A stretch of 64,000 nt of DNA from a virus: the UHGV virus genome UHGV-0179428; one strand, given 5' to 3'. This document shows, in pieces, positions 9,458-17,951 of the stretch (its first letter is position 1; every line of letters begins with the position of its first letter). Under the pieces are notes generated by a model. That model searched no databases and had not been told where the DNA came from. It worked only from the letters and a program-made list of their open reading frames with translations. The position numbers and the translations under genes were made by a program.

Positions 9458-9774
9458 TTGTTATTATTCCCCATTCGTTTCGTTAAAATATCTAAATTGC
9501 GCTGCGCTTGTTCAGGACTAAAAATAATGTTTTCCTGGCTATACGTTACATGAAAATGTTTTTTGTTAACAATGTCAACCTTAAGGCCACGAACTTCGAA
9601 TTGCCGTTTAGCCTCTTCAACCTTTTTTGGTGAGATTCTAAGAAGACCTGGAAATAGTTCGTCTGCGGGAACGTAGTATTTGATTTCCTTAGTCTCGGGA
9701 ATTAACTCGATTCTATCTAAACTGACGCTTATAATCTCGTCAATCTTTTTCTTGATATTGTCGTTCGCAACCAT
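9454..9774 (-). CDS. Hypothetical protein (106 aa)
   Basis: ORF with 4-nt overlap to thyA. Confidence 0.5.
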   Translation of the reverse strand: MVANDNIKKKIDEIISVSLDRIELIPETKEIKYYVPADELFPGLLRISPKKVEEAKRQFEVRGLKVDIVNKKHFHVTYSQENIIFSPEQAQRNLDILTKRMGNNNK

Positions 9775-10082
9775 CAGATTTTGTCCCTTTCGAGTTCAGT
9801 TAAAATTTCAAACAGGTCTGCGTTGGATTGGAGTACGACTTCACTGCCTTCTGCTACAACGGTAATTGTTGGTTTCTTACCACGTAGCAAGAACTCCCAA
9901 CGCATGGTTCTTACGTGGCTGTCGAGTAACTGCTTTAATTTGTGGTTAACTTCGACTTCCAATTTGCCCAGTAACTGTGGTGTAATAGCTTCGCCTGAGT
10001 TTTTGTTATAAAGTGTACGCACTAAAGAACGTAAAGAATAACCAATGCACTGCGAAATTGCCCAACCCGAATAGTTTTCCAT
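9774..10082 (-). CDS. Hypothetical protein (102 aa)
   Basis: ORF, translationally coupled to neighbours. Confidence 0.5.
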   Translation of the reverse strand: MENYSGWAISQCIGYSLRSLVRTLYNKNSGEAITPQLLGKLEVEVNHKLKQLLDSHVRTMRWEFLLRGKKPTITVVAEGSEVVLQSNADLFEILTELERDKI

Positions 10083-10083
10083 G

Positions 10084-10629
10084 TTAATCCTTCAAAATGT
10101 CTTTAAGCTTTAGTTTTGTATAGAACGGAGAACTACTTAGTTCTTCTGTCCAACTTATACGTCCGTTCTGTAGAACCCGGTCGAAGATTAGGCCGTTCAT
10201 CTTTACAATTCTAGCCAACTGATAAAAGAGCGTCGTGAGGTGTAGTCGGCGTTCCATTTGTGCGCGTGCGGTACAACTGCGTACCGCTTTGATAGCAAGT
10301 ACCGCTTCTGGCATCAACGTCACCGCGATTGTCTCAGGATGTTCGTTTTTCCATTTCTTAATGGCTAGTAGTCTGTGTAACGATTTTTCAAGGGGACGTA
10401 AATCCCCGTTATTCATCACGTAAACCAAAGCAGCAATATCCCACAAGGCAATACCTACTGCTTTAGCAACAAACAACCCGTCGTGTGCTGTCGTGGATTC
10501 ACAGACTTTGCCAATACTTCCATAAACACGTGCGGTCCATACGTCTGTCTGTTCGCCGGGTTTTATACCCGCGTTATCCAGAAAGTGTTTAAACGTATTA
10601 ACGTGATCAGTTAACTGTATTTGTTTCAT
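10084..10629 (-). CDS. Hypothetical protein (181 aa)
   Basis: ORF. Confidence 0.5.
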   Translation of the reverse strand: MKQIQLTDHVNTFKHFLDNAGIKPGEQTDVWTARVYGSIGKVCESTTAHDGLFVAKAVGIALWDIAALVYVMNNGDLRPLEKSLHRLLAIKKWKNEHPETIAVTLMPEAVLAIKAVRSCTARAQMERRLHLTTLFYQLARIVKMNGLIFDRVLQNGRISWTEELSSSPFYTKLKLKDILKD

Positions 10630-10643
10630 TTCCGATACCCGAT

Positions 10644-11108
10644 TTAGTCACGAGACTTTATTTTAAGGTACGCAACCGCAGCTCCCACGATTGCAATCCC
10701 GGCACCCCAACCTATCTTTTCTATTACACCCATATCGTCCCATCTTTTCTCTTCGTTACGTCGTTTGGCCTCTTCTGCCCGTTCTCTCCACATCGCTTCG
10801 CGTTCCAGACAGCTGGGATTTATTTCCTCTTCACAACGTCGTTTCCGTTCTTCTTCCCCAATCAGTTCTTCTAAATAGAGCCTCGTTTCTTCCACAGCTT
10901 GTTCATAGACGTCTATGCGATCGGGAAGAACTCTCCTGTGAGCGGCTTTGTTGCGAACGGAAGCAATCATGTGGAGTTTCCGTTCGTATTTTGGTTCGAG
11001 AAGATGAGCTATGCTTTTGGTCTTCCCATGAAGCCCATGACCGGTACCGCCGAGTTTTTCCACAAGTTCTTCTACAGAAATTGCAAGATCGAGAATATAT
11101 CCACGCAT
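10644..11108 (-). CDS. HEPN-like (R-x4-H motif) protein with charged coiled region and C-terminal transmembrane anchor
   Basis: Start moved to the ATG at 11108 (GGAG 8 nt upstream). Motif ASVRNKAAHRR fits the HEPN R-x(4-6)-H signature; Glu/Arg-rich helix; C-terminal hydrophobic GWGAGIAIVGAAVAYL. Confidence 0.4.
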   Translation of the reverse strand: MRGYILDLAISVEELVEKLGGTGHGLHGKTKSIAHLLEPKYERKLHMIASVRNKAAHRRVLPDRIDVYEQAVEETRLYLEELIGEEERKRRCEEEINPSCLEREAMWRERAEEAKRRNEEKRWDDMGVIEKIGWGAGIAIVGAAVAYLKIKSRD

Positions 11109-11168
11109 AATTGTTTCTCCGCTTAAACGCAGTCTTGGGAGACATAAGTCTGTTCCCAACTGTAAAAA

Positions 11169-11537
11169 TCATTTCAACAAAACAAGATGAATTTGGTATT
11201 CGTCATCCGCAGGAGAAGAATAATCGCCAGTTACAGGTAACGTTATATCTCCCAGTATAGCGTGGAAGGGTAATCCACGAGCAGCCTCAACTGTTCGTAC
11301 AAGCGGAAAACCTGTTCTTTTAATCCAATTGTAATCAACAAACATAACGCCGCCAGGACTTCCCGAACCTTCCCACACACGAATTTCCACAGTCTTTCCC
11401 GAAAAGTTGGCAAGTACAGTGCGCAGCCCTAATTGCACATAACGGGGGAAGGGTACTTCAATAACTTGTTTTGGTAAAACAAATTCAGGGAATTTAAAAC
11501 CGAAACCTTTGGGTGTACTAAAAAACTGAGCTTGCAT
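11169..11537 (-). CDS. Hypothetical protein (122 aa)
   Basis: ORF with AGGAG RBS. Confidence 0.5.
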   Translation of the reverse strand: MQAQFFSTPKGFGFKFPEFVLPKQVIEVPFPRYVQLGLRTVLANFSGKTVEIRVWEGSGSPGGVMFVDYNWIKRTGFPLVRTVEAARGLPFHAILGDITLPVTGDYSSPADDEYQIHLVLLK

Positions 11538-11555
11538 GGTAATTCTCCTTTAGGG

Positions 11556-11594
11556 TAAAAAATGAAAATACCCTACTCCTAGTCAGGAGTAGGG
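11556..11594 (-). terminator. Rho-independent terminator (CCCTACTCCT / AGGAGTAGGG stem)
   Basis: 10-bp stem, AGTC loop, T-run on the minus strand; lies just after the stop of 11601..12260. Confidence 0.6.
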
Positions 11595-11600
11595 TAGGTG

Positions 11601-12260
11601 TTACATACGAGTAACTGAATCCCAGTAATCACGAAGATATTCTTGGTCTTCAGGATCTTTCGGTGTAGCCGGAATGTGGCCGTCAAACTCAAACGGAATT
11701 ACAGACAGAACATCCGCAATCTCGTAACGCTCGACTTCCAGTTCAACTTTCACCCAGTCACCGACGCTGGTACTACTACGCATCTCGGTGAGGAGATCGT
11801 TAAAGTCAGCCGAAACTTCAATTGCAGGGTGTCCGGTGGTGATAGTGAAAATATCAATATCCCAATGCTTAGCGCCTTCATCGGCTAATTCACCCGGTTC
11901 TAAGTGGATACGTTTCACCAGGTGAGCCAAATAACCGTCCTTGTAAAAAGAGAGTGCAGAACTAATACCGATATCCGAATTCTCTTCAACCTTTCCGTCC
12001 AGGAATTTACGCTTAAGCGTTAGCTGTGCTGTACCGTCTTCTTTAATACGGATACGACGACGCCCACCTTCTATCGGCATGAGAATGTCCATGAACATCT
12101 TAGCGGACTGTGCGTGTAACCAATCCCATCCCGCTTGCGTAGGTTTTACCCAAACACAATATTCCTTTTCCACTTCATGTTTAATGGATTCGCCTGCAAC
12201 GCGAATAACCTCTTCTTCCTGCGCTTTTTCCAATTGCGCAAGGGTATCGAATAATCCCAT
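11601..12260 (-). CDS. Hypothetical protein (219 aa); weak CYTH/triphosphate-tunnel-like residue pattern
   Basis: ORF. E-x-E-K near the N-terminus, RRRIRIK...LTLKRK, and ELEVE near the C-terminus loosely resemble CYTH/TTM signature strands; inference only. Confidence 0.5.
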   Translation of the reverse strand: MGLFDTLAQLEKAQEEEVIRVAGESIKHEVEKEYCVWVKPTQAGWDWLHAQSAKMFMDILMPIEGGRRRIRIKEDGTAQLTLKRKFLDGKVEENSDIGISSALSFYKDGYLAHLVKRIHLEPGELADEGAKHWDIDIFTITTGHPAIEVSADFNDLLTEMRSSTSVGDWVKVELEVERYEIADVLSVIPFEFDGHIPATPKDPEDQEYLRDYWDSVTRM

Positions 12261-13102
12261 TAGATTAATCCCATACTTTCACTGACGCTCGTAATGTCGA
12301 ACGCTGTGTCGTTAAAGTCGATGTTTTCTACAATAGAAACCACCAGATTAGGAAGCCATTCCGAATGGGGTGGTGTAATAACCCGGCCGTTCATAACGTA
12401 GTAGTGCAAGAACGGTAATCCCATCGAATGGCAGTACGATAACACATTCCCTAAGCAGCTTCCGTCAAACTTCAAGAGTCGGAGCTTACGCAGTAATGCG
12501 TTTTGAAATGCACCGTTCGCGTAATCGCTAAACTCGCCAGGCCGATAATCCGTGCCCCCGTAAATACTCGCCTTTAATCGTCGACCGCGTTGTATACATT
12601 CAGCCCCAGTCAGGGTGCGTAATAAACGGATGTCAGGATATTCAGTTTCCAAACGACCCAAAGCGTTTATTCCGTAACCTTTGTAGAACAGATAGTCTAC
12701 GATCCTTAAATAATGATAGTAGCCTTCTAACGTTAAAAACTGACCGTGAATCGTGTCGAATTTCGCACCGTTAGGTTGCGCGTAGAAGTTACTGATCATT
12801 TTCCCTACGGTAGTACGACCGTTAGAGTAAAGGTTAAGATGGTTGATACCATCGGTAAAAGGGAGTTTTTCGGGTAACGCACAAACGTAGCCTAAACGAC
12901 GAAGGTATAGGACATAAACAAAGCGCTCATCAGGAGTAAGCACGATGTTTGACGCGTTAACGTATCCATTAGGATTATTTTGGCCAGGTTGATAACCCAG
13001 CGTTAATGCCAAAGCGTGATTGTCTTCGCCCTGACTTTTGATCTTCTTTAATACGGAACGCAGTAATTGTGGTTCGGACATAACCGGCCTCTTAAATTGC
13101 AA
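12260..13102 (-). CDS. Hypothetical protein (280 aa)
   Basis: ORF. Confidence 0.5.
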   Translation of the reverse strand: MQFKRPVMSEPQLLRSVLKKIKSQGEDNHALALTLGYQPGQNNPNGYVNASNIVLTPDERFVYVLYLRRLGYVCALPEKLPFTDGINHLNLYSNGRTTVGKMISNFYAQPNGAKFDTIHGQFLTLEGYYHYLRIVDYLFYKGYGINALGRLETEYPDIRLLRTLTGAECIQRGRRLKASIYGGTDYRPGEFSDYANGAFQNALLRKLRLLKFDGSCLGNVLSYCHSMGLPFLHYYVMNGRVITPPHSEWLPNLVVSIVENIDFNDTAFDITSVSESMGLI

Positions 13103-14393
13103 AATAGTCTTCCACGATTTTATCGGTAGACTGGTAACTTACACTGCCTGCAGCAATCACGTAATTACGTTTCTCGGTGGTCAGTAGCGCCTGAATCGCA
13201 TTTACGCCCGCATAGGTGTAAAGTTTAAGTTCAGTCATTTCTGGCGTGATGTTTTTCGCTTTGTCCCATTTTGCATCTAATCCTTTAAATAGCGTTAATA
13301 GACGAGTGCCATACGTTTTGAAACTGACACCGGGTTCAACCCGAAGGTTAGCCATAAGGTTCTGGATAACGGTGGTTGCGATCTGAGTCCCTTGCCCCGG
13401 TTGGAGTTTATCCAGATAGTATTCCGTTGAATCCAGATTACCTGTCGCTGCTGCCTGAATCATCAGCTCGCCGTACAGTACCTCTTTCGCTTGTGCATCA
13501 GTAATCGCTTGAAGCATCGGTTCGATTTTAGCCGGTAAACCATAACTGTTCAGTTTAGTAGACAGGCCATAAATCAGCGCTGAAGAGGTATTAATGTCTA
13601 ACGTGGAGAAACTGTTGCTGCCTTTAAAGCTGTTAATCAGGTTATCGATGGCTAGGAAGTCGTCTAAGTCTTTGTAGCTGTCGAAAGTATGCTGTACGTC
13701 ATCAACGATCGAGGTGATTTGATAACGCATACTGTTGACTTCAGACATAAACCCGTTGACTTCTTGACTAACTTCCGAGGGGAGTTTAGCCAGTTGCCCA
13801 GCAATGTTCATCGTTCCTTCGAGACGTTTTTTCACCGAGTTAAAGTCAGTACCGATACCTGATAAAACAGAGTCGGTTAAGCTGCCGATGCTGTCCCACC
13901 CTTTATTTAACAGTTTCCCCATCCCACCCGGACTTAGGTAGTCTAACGCCTTTAGACCATCTTCATCCTTTTTCTTAAAAGGTTCAGAAACGTCACGCTT
14001 TTGCGGATCGAGGACAGGAAGTGTTTCTTTGGTATTAGATGCAAAACCGGGAACCTTTTGTCCTGGAGATACACCGGAAGCCGAACTCCCCGCAGTCTTA
14101 CTTCCGCCAATACTGGCGGTATCGCTACCGCCAAAAAGGTTACCAATTTTGCTGGTCAGCTCGTTGCCGCCGCCAATCAGTTTGTTGAATGTTTCACCAG
14201 CACGTTCTGATAATCGGTTGACGCTATCGACCGTGCTTTTAATACCACGCTCCGCATTCTCCACCGTCGATTGTACGCGGTTTGCGGCGTTCTTTGCCGT
14301 ATTAACGGAATTATCGATTGCTGACTGACCTTTATTTATCTGACTGGTTATTTGGTCTATTTTCATTCTGGTCTCCAATTTGGTATTCGTCAA
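13092..14393 (-). CDS. Hypothetical protein (433 aa) with low-complexity Ser/Gly/Asn-rich N-terminal region
   Basis: ORF; N-terminal ~150 aa polar repeats, possibly coiled or disordered. Confidence 0.5.
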   Translation of the reverse strand: MTNTKLETRMKIDQITSQINKGQSAIDNSVNTAKNAANRVQSTVENAERGIKSTVDSVNRLSERAGETFNKLIGGGNELTSKIGNLFGGSDTASIGGSKTAGSSASGVSPGQKVPGFASNTKETLPVLDPQKRDVSEPFKKKDEDGLKALDYLSPGGMGKLLNKGWDSIGSLTDSVLSGIGTDFNSVKKRLEGTMNIAGQLAKLPSEVSQEVNGFMSEVNSMRYQITSIVDDVQHTFDSYKDLDDFLAIDNLINSFKGSNSFSTLDINTSSALIYGLSTKLNSYGLPAKIEPMLQAITDAQAKEVLYGELMIQAAATGNLDSTEYYLDKLQPGQGTQIATTVIQNLMANLRVEPGVSFKTYGTRLLTLFKGLDAKWDKAKNITPEMTELKLYTYAGVNAIQALLTTEKRNYVIAAGSVSYQSTDKIVEDYFAI

Positions 14394-15177
14394 GGTTTAC
14401 CGTGACCTGAACTTCGTAGATTTTATTGTCTTTCTGACGCCTTAAGGTCAGAAGGATTTCGAAACTACGAACATCAATTGCCTTGAGTACCCTCATAAAC
14501 CATTTCCAGGAAAACTTCTTTTTTAACCTTAGATTGTGCTGCATGTTGTGCCGCAAATCATTTCGTTTCGACGGCGTCTGTTCACAGTTAGCAGGATCGT
14601 TAACGAAGTTTGTGGAAAGACGATACCACCAGTCCGCATTCATTTTCATGTTTGCGAAGATAGTCCAAGTTAACCGAGATAACGGATGTACCATCATCTT
14701 TGCGGTCTCACCACAGTTCTGGAAATAACGGTTCAATTGCGCAGTTGCAGACTCTTTAGGTCGTTCGTCGTTATCTTCGAACAAATCCCGAGCGAGATCT
14801 TCACGCACGCGTGTGGTAATTTCAGATACGGTTTTTGTTTTGAAGTGTCCTCGGTAAGTGGTTACACAAATCCGCAGTGTCTCCACTCCGGTAATCACCA
14901 ACCCTTCTGTAAAACCTCGCCAGGTAAGATCGACAGGTAGTGCAGGGATGTTACCTGAACTCAGCTTCGTGGAGATACGTTGTATTCGATCGTCCATCGT
15001 TGCTTTTGAACGTGTTTTAAATTCTGGAGACAGAATATGTTTGGCGACGGCGAGTTTATAATCCGAAGGCTTCCATCCGATCAATTCTTTATAATTCCAA
15101 TATAGTGTTTGAAGTGGTCCGCCTGCACGTTCGTCTTCAGCGTCCACGACCACACTTACTTTTTTGCTATCCATCAC
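14332..15177 (-). CDS. Hypothetical protein (281 aa)
   Basis: ORF. Confidence 0.5.
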   Translation of the reverse strand: MMDSKKVSVVVDAEDERAGGPLQTLYWNYKELIGWKPSDYKLAVAKHILSPEFKTRSKATMDDRIQRISTKLSSGNIPALPVDLTWRGFTEGLVITGVETLRICVTTYRGHFKTKTVSEITTRVREDLARDLFEDNDERPKESATAQLNRYFQNCGETAKMMVHPLSRLTWTIFANMKMNADWWYRLSTNFVNDPANCEQTPSKRNDLRHNMQHNLRLKKKFSWKWFMRVLKAIDVRSFEILLTLRRQKDNKIYEVQVTVNLDEYQIGDQNENRPNNQSDK

Positions 15178-15207
15178 ATCACCTTGTTACAAGGGGTTAC
15201 TGGTTTA

Positions 15208-15756
15208 TTAAATAGGACGTTCTAAAAGGTAGTGCTCAATCAACGTTTCCAGTTCCCGGAATAAATGCGCAGTTTGATTTACCAGCGCTTTGTCTTCGTC
15301 GGACTCCGGTTTAAGGAACGCCGATTCATAAGGTTGAATTAGCGCGAGTAATTTACCCAGCTTATAAGCGGCAACCTCAGGACTGGACGTCCCAAAATAA
15401 GTGTCTAGCCATCGGTATTCCGCCAAGTCGTTTCGTTTATTTAAAGCGTCAGGTAATGGCAGCCATTCGATTGAACTCCTGTTAATAGCTCGTTGGTATT
15501 CATTAATGAGAAATGCCAAACGTTGATAAACGAGGTCAATGTTATTAATACGCAATTCGAGGAAACCGCGAAGGCTGGGACGAAAGGGTTCTTCATTTAT
15601 GTTTAAAGGCAACGTAAGCAATTGTAAGCCGGTAAAGACTCTGACATAGGGGTTGTGGGTGTTCTTATGGAACTCCTGCTTCAGAGACTCTCTGAGGGCT
15701 TTTAAACGATTATTCTCTAACCGTTGTTTAAAACGAGTTATTATTCCTGTTAACAT
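15208..15756 (-). CDS. Hypothetical protein (182 aa)
   Basis: ORF. Confidence 0.5.
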   Translation of the reverse strand: MLTGIITRFKQRLENNRLKALRESLKQEFHKNTHNPYVRVFTGLQLLTLPLNINEEPFRPSLRGFLELRINNIDLVYQRLAFLINEYQRAINRSSIEWLPLPDALNKRNDLAEYRWLDTYFGTSSPEVAAYKLGKLLALIQPYESAFLKPESDEDKALVNQTAHLFRELETLIEHYLLERPI

Positions 15757-15827
15757 AATTCACTCCTAAAGAATGTCTCACGTAGATAATATCTGTCTGA
15801 CTTCTTTTTGAAATTGAGGTAGTAAGA

Positions 15828-16292
15828 ATGGCTGACGAAGAAGTGAAATATCAGGCGTTTGATGGAGATGTGGACGACGAAGAATCGCTTCTCCGCCAAA
15901 CGCAACAAGCCCGTGTACGGATTGTGAATCTCATCTTAGACGATCCACAAGCACACAAAGACTTGAAAACGGTAGACCGGTTAGGGTCTTTGCTTAACGA
16001 CGTTGATAAACAAATCATTTCCAAACGTCGCGTCGCTGCTGCACAGAAAAACAGCGAAGCTAACCAAGATTTGGCGAATGCACTTAATAGCATCCTCATG
16101 CAACGTGGTAATATCAAAATACGTCGCCACGATGAGGAAGTCGAAGAAACCCAGGGCTACCAGCCCCCCGTTCCTGTTATTCCTGATGTTGAAGTAACAG
16201 AAGGGGAGCTGGCACCAGTAGGCGAACAAATCGATGTTAGATCCATTATGACGGCGGCGTTTGCACGTCCTGAGCAGGGCGAGCAAGACTAA
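15828..16292 (+). CDS. Hypothetical acidic protein (154 aa)
   Basis: Rightward ORF inside the leftward block; Asp/Glu-rich; GAGGTAGTAAGAATG RBS. Confidence 0.5.
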   Translation: MADEEVKYQAFDGDVDDEESLLRQTQQARVRIVNLILDDPQAHKDLKTVDRLGSLLNDVDKQIISKRRVAAAQKNSEANQDLANALNSILMQRGNIKIRRHDEEVEETQGYQPPVPVIPDVEVTEGELAPVGEQIDVRSIMTAAFARPEQGEQD

Positions 16293-16968
16293 ATAAAGCG
16301 GCATCTCGTGGGTCGACACCGACCCACTCTGCCATAAACCGGATATGTTCCTTAAACGGGTTAACCCCGTCTTGTTTGATTTGTTCAACCAATTCCCCGG
16401 TCAGTTCTGGTGTGAGCATGGCAGGGTGTGTGATGGTAAAGCTTGGAATCGGTTTTTTCAAGTGTGTGGCGTTAAGCTTAATCCACTCGAACCAATCGTA
16501 CATTATCCAGCAATCCCACGCCAATGACAATCTCCCTGGTGTGAGATCTTCTAACGACCAAGACACTAATTCAACTTGCACGTTATTGTAGTACATCCGA
16601 AACAGATTCAAAAAGGCTTGAAGTTCTTCGCCCGTTAAATCCGTATAAGGCCACGTATTGATGGTCAGAGTGGGTTTTTCAATTGGCGAATGCATTTCGA
16701 TTTCAAGCAACATACACTCGAATTCGTTTTTCATTGTTGCCAATAATTCAGTAGGCTGCGCATTAATCAACGCGCGCTTATCCCGCTTCCGCCACTCTTC
16801 ATCCCATTTTTCAAATCCAAGTACGCCAGCCCAAGCTTCTGTATAGCGACGACGATAAACATCGTAGTCTAGCAATGCTAAGCTTTCGGGCTTAACGGCT
16901 TTTACCCAACCTAAACGCGTATCAAATAACGTATCAATATCGATTAAGAAACGCCGAGATAATCTCAT
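16246..16968 (-). CDS. Hypothetical protein (240 aa); possible HAD-like D-x-D-x-T motif near N-terminus
   Basis: ORF; N-terminal FLIDIDTLFD resembles HAD motif I; weak. Confidence 0.45.
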   Translation of the reverse strand: MRLSRRFLIDIDTLFDTRLGWVKAVKPESLALLDYDVYRRRYTEAWAGVLGFEKWDEEWRKRDKRALINAQPTELLATMKNEFECMLLEIEMHSPIEKPTLTINTWPYTDLTGEELQAFLNLFRMYYNNVQVELVSWSLEDLTPGRLSLAWDCWIMYDWFEWIKLNATHLKKPIPSFTITHPAMLTPELTGELVEQIKQDGVNPFKEHIRFMAEWVGVDPRDAALFSLARPAQDVQTPPS

Positions 16969-17633
16969 GACGGATGGCCTATGTTGTTACCGATATGCAT
17001 CGCTTTTAGGTACGCCGACCACGTACGCGTTGCTTTAGAACTCGTTCGCTCCGCTCCAGGCAAATCAATACGCCCTTTACCGGTTTGGCGCAGCGATTGA
17101 TAGAAAGCACGTTGTAGTGCGTCGTTACCACCACGCGCCCACAAGAACTCTTTCAGTGTCCAATCGTGACCATCGGAGTACATGATGTATGCTTCTGGGA
17201 AGGACACCCCGGATGCTTTGGAAGGTCCGACGACTTGACCGGAGAGTTTATCGCGAACTTTGTCGTTTTTCGCAACCGCCATTTTCTTTTCTTGCATCTG
17301 TGTCTGACGACGGACAGGCAAGCGTAAGACTAAGTGAGGGTAACGAGTACGATGATAAACGCCCGTTTTTGGTTCTGTTAACCAGAGTCGTTGCTCCAGG
17401 TTTACCCCGAGAATTTTGCACACCTCGATATTGCGCAGGTGATCAATTTCGACTTTACTTCCCACCGGGTTGTAAATAGGTAAACCGTTACGAAGTCGGT
17501 TAAACTGTTCGTCGGTCATTCGTGCGAAGGCTTTCTTCGCGGCTTCAGCATTAATGCCAGAAGGGTCTACCAACTTTAAGATTTGTAAGGCGTAGGCTTC
17601 CGCCTTTTTACGCCGCGCTGGTTCGAGTTTCAT
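16965..17633 (-). CDS. Hypothetical protein (222 aa)
   Basis: ORF. Confidence 0.5.
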   Translation of the reverse strand: MKLEPARRKKAEAYALQILKLVDPSGINAEAAKKAFARMTDEQFNRLRNGLPIYNPVGSKVEIDHLRNIEVCKILGVNLEQRLWLTEPKTGVYHRTRYPHLVLRLPVRRQTQMQEKKMAVAKNDKVRDKLSGQVVGPSKASGVSFPEAYIMYSDGHDWTLKEFLWARGGNDALQRAFYQSLRQTGKGRIDLPGAERTSSKATRTWSAYLKAMHIGNNIGHPS

Positions 17634-17907
17634 TGTCTACCGCCTTACGTAAATTGGATAACGTTTCTGCTTCAAGCAGGTCAATCCAGTAGCTGATAGC
17701 TTCCGTGTTTTCAGGAAGTTCGGAACGTACTGGCGCATACCCGTAACGTACTAATAGATTCGAGTAATACTCAGCGACCTTTAAACAAAAGGATTCCAGA
17801 TCGGGAAACGGGTGAGTGAAGGCTTCACGAAATTCGGCCGCTGTTTCTAAATTAACACTTGCCAATCCTTCACTTAAGCGTTCCACAATCTCCGTTTGAT
17901 AACGCAT
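17608..17907 (-). CDS. Hypothetical protein (99 aa)
   Basis: ORF with AAGGAG RBS. Confidence 0.5.
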   Translation of the reverse strand: MRYQTEIVERLSEGLASVNLETAAEFREAFTHPFPDLESFCLKVAEYYSNLLVRYGYAPVRSELPENTEAISYWIDLLEAETLSNLRKAVDNETRTSAA

Positions 17908-17922
17908 GATGACTCCTTAGGT

Positions 17923-17944
17923 CGGGTAGGGTAAACCCTACCCG
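17923..17944 (-). other. Intergenic stem-loop (CGGGTAGGG / CCCTACCCG) without T-run
   Basis: 9-bp stem between the stop of 17952..19448 and the RBS of 17608..17907; possible RNA-processing or attenuation site. Confidence 0.4.
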
Positions 17945-17951
17945 AGCCTAT

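Noticed and set aside
15828-16968. Convergent 3' overlap (47 nt) between the + gene 15828..16292 and the - gene 16246..16968 as a sign that one is spurious
   Set aside because: Both have plausible starts and length. The overlap involves only low-complexity C-terminal tails, and a hairpin at 16308-16327 fits 3'-end formation. Kept both at moderate confidence.
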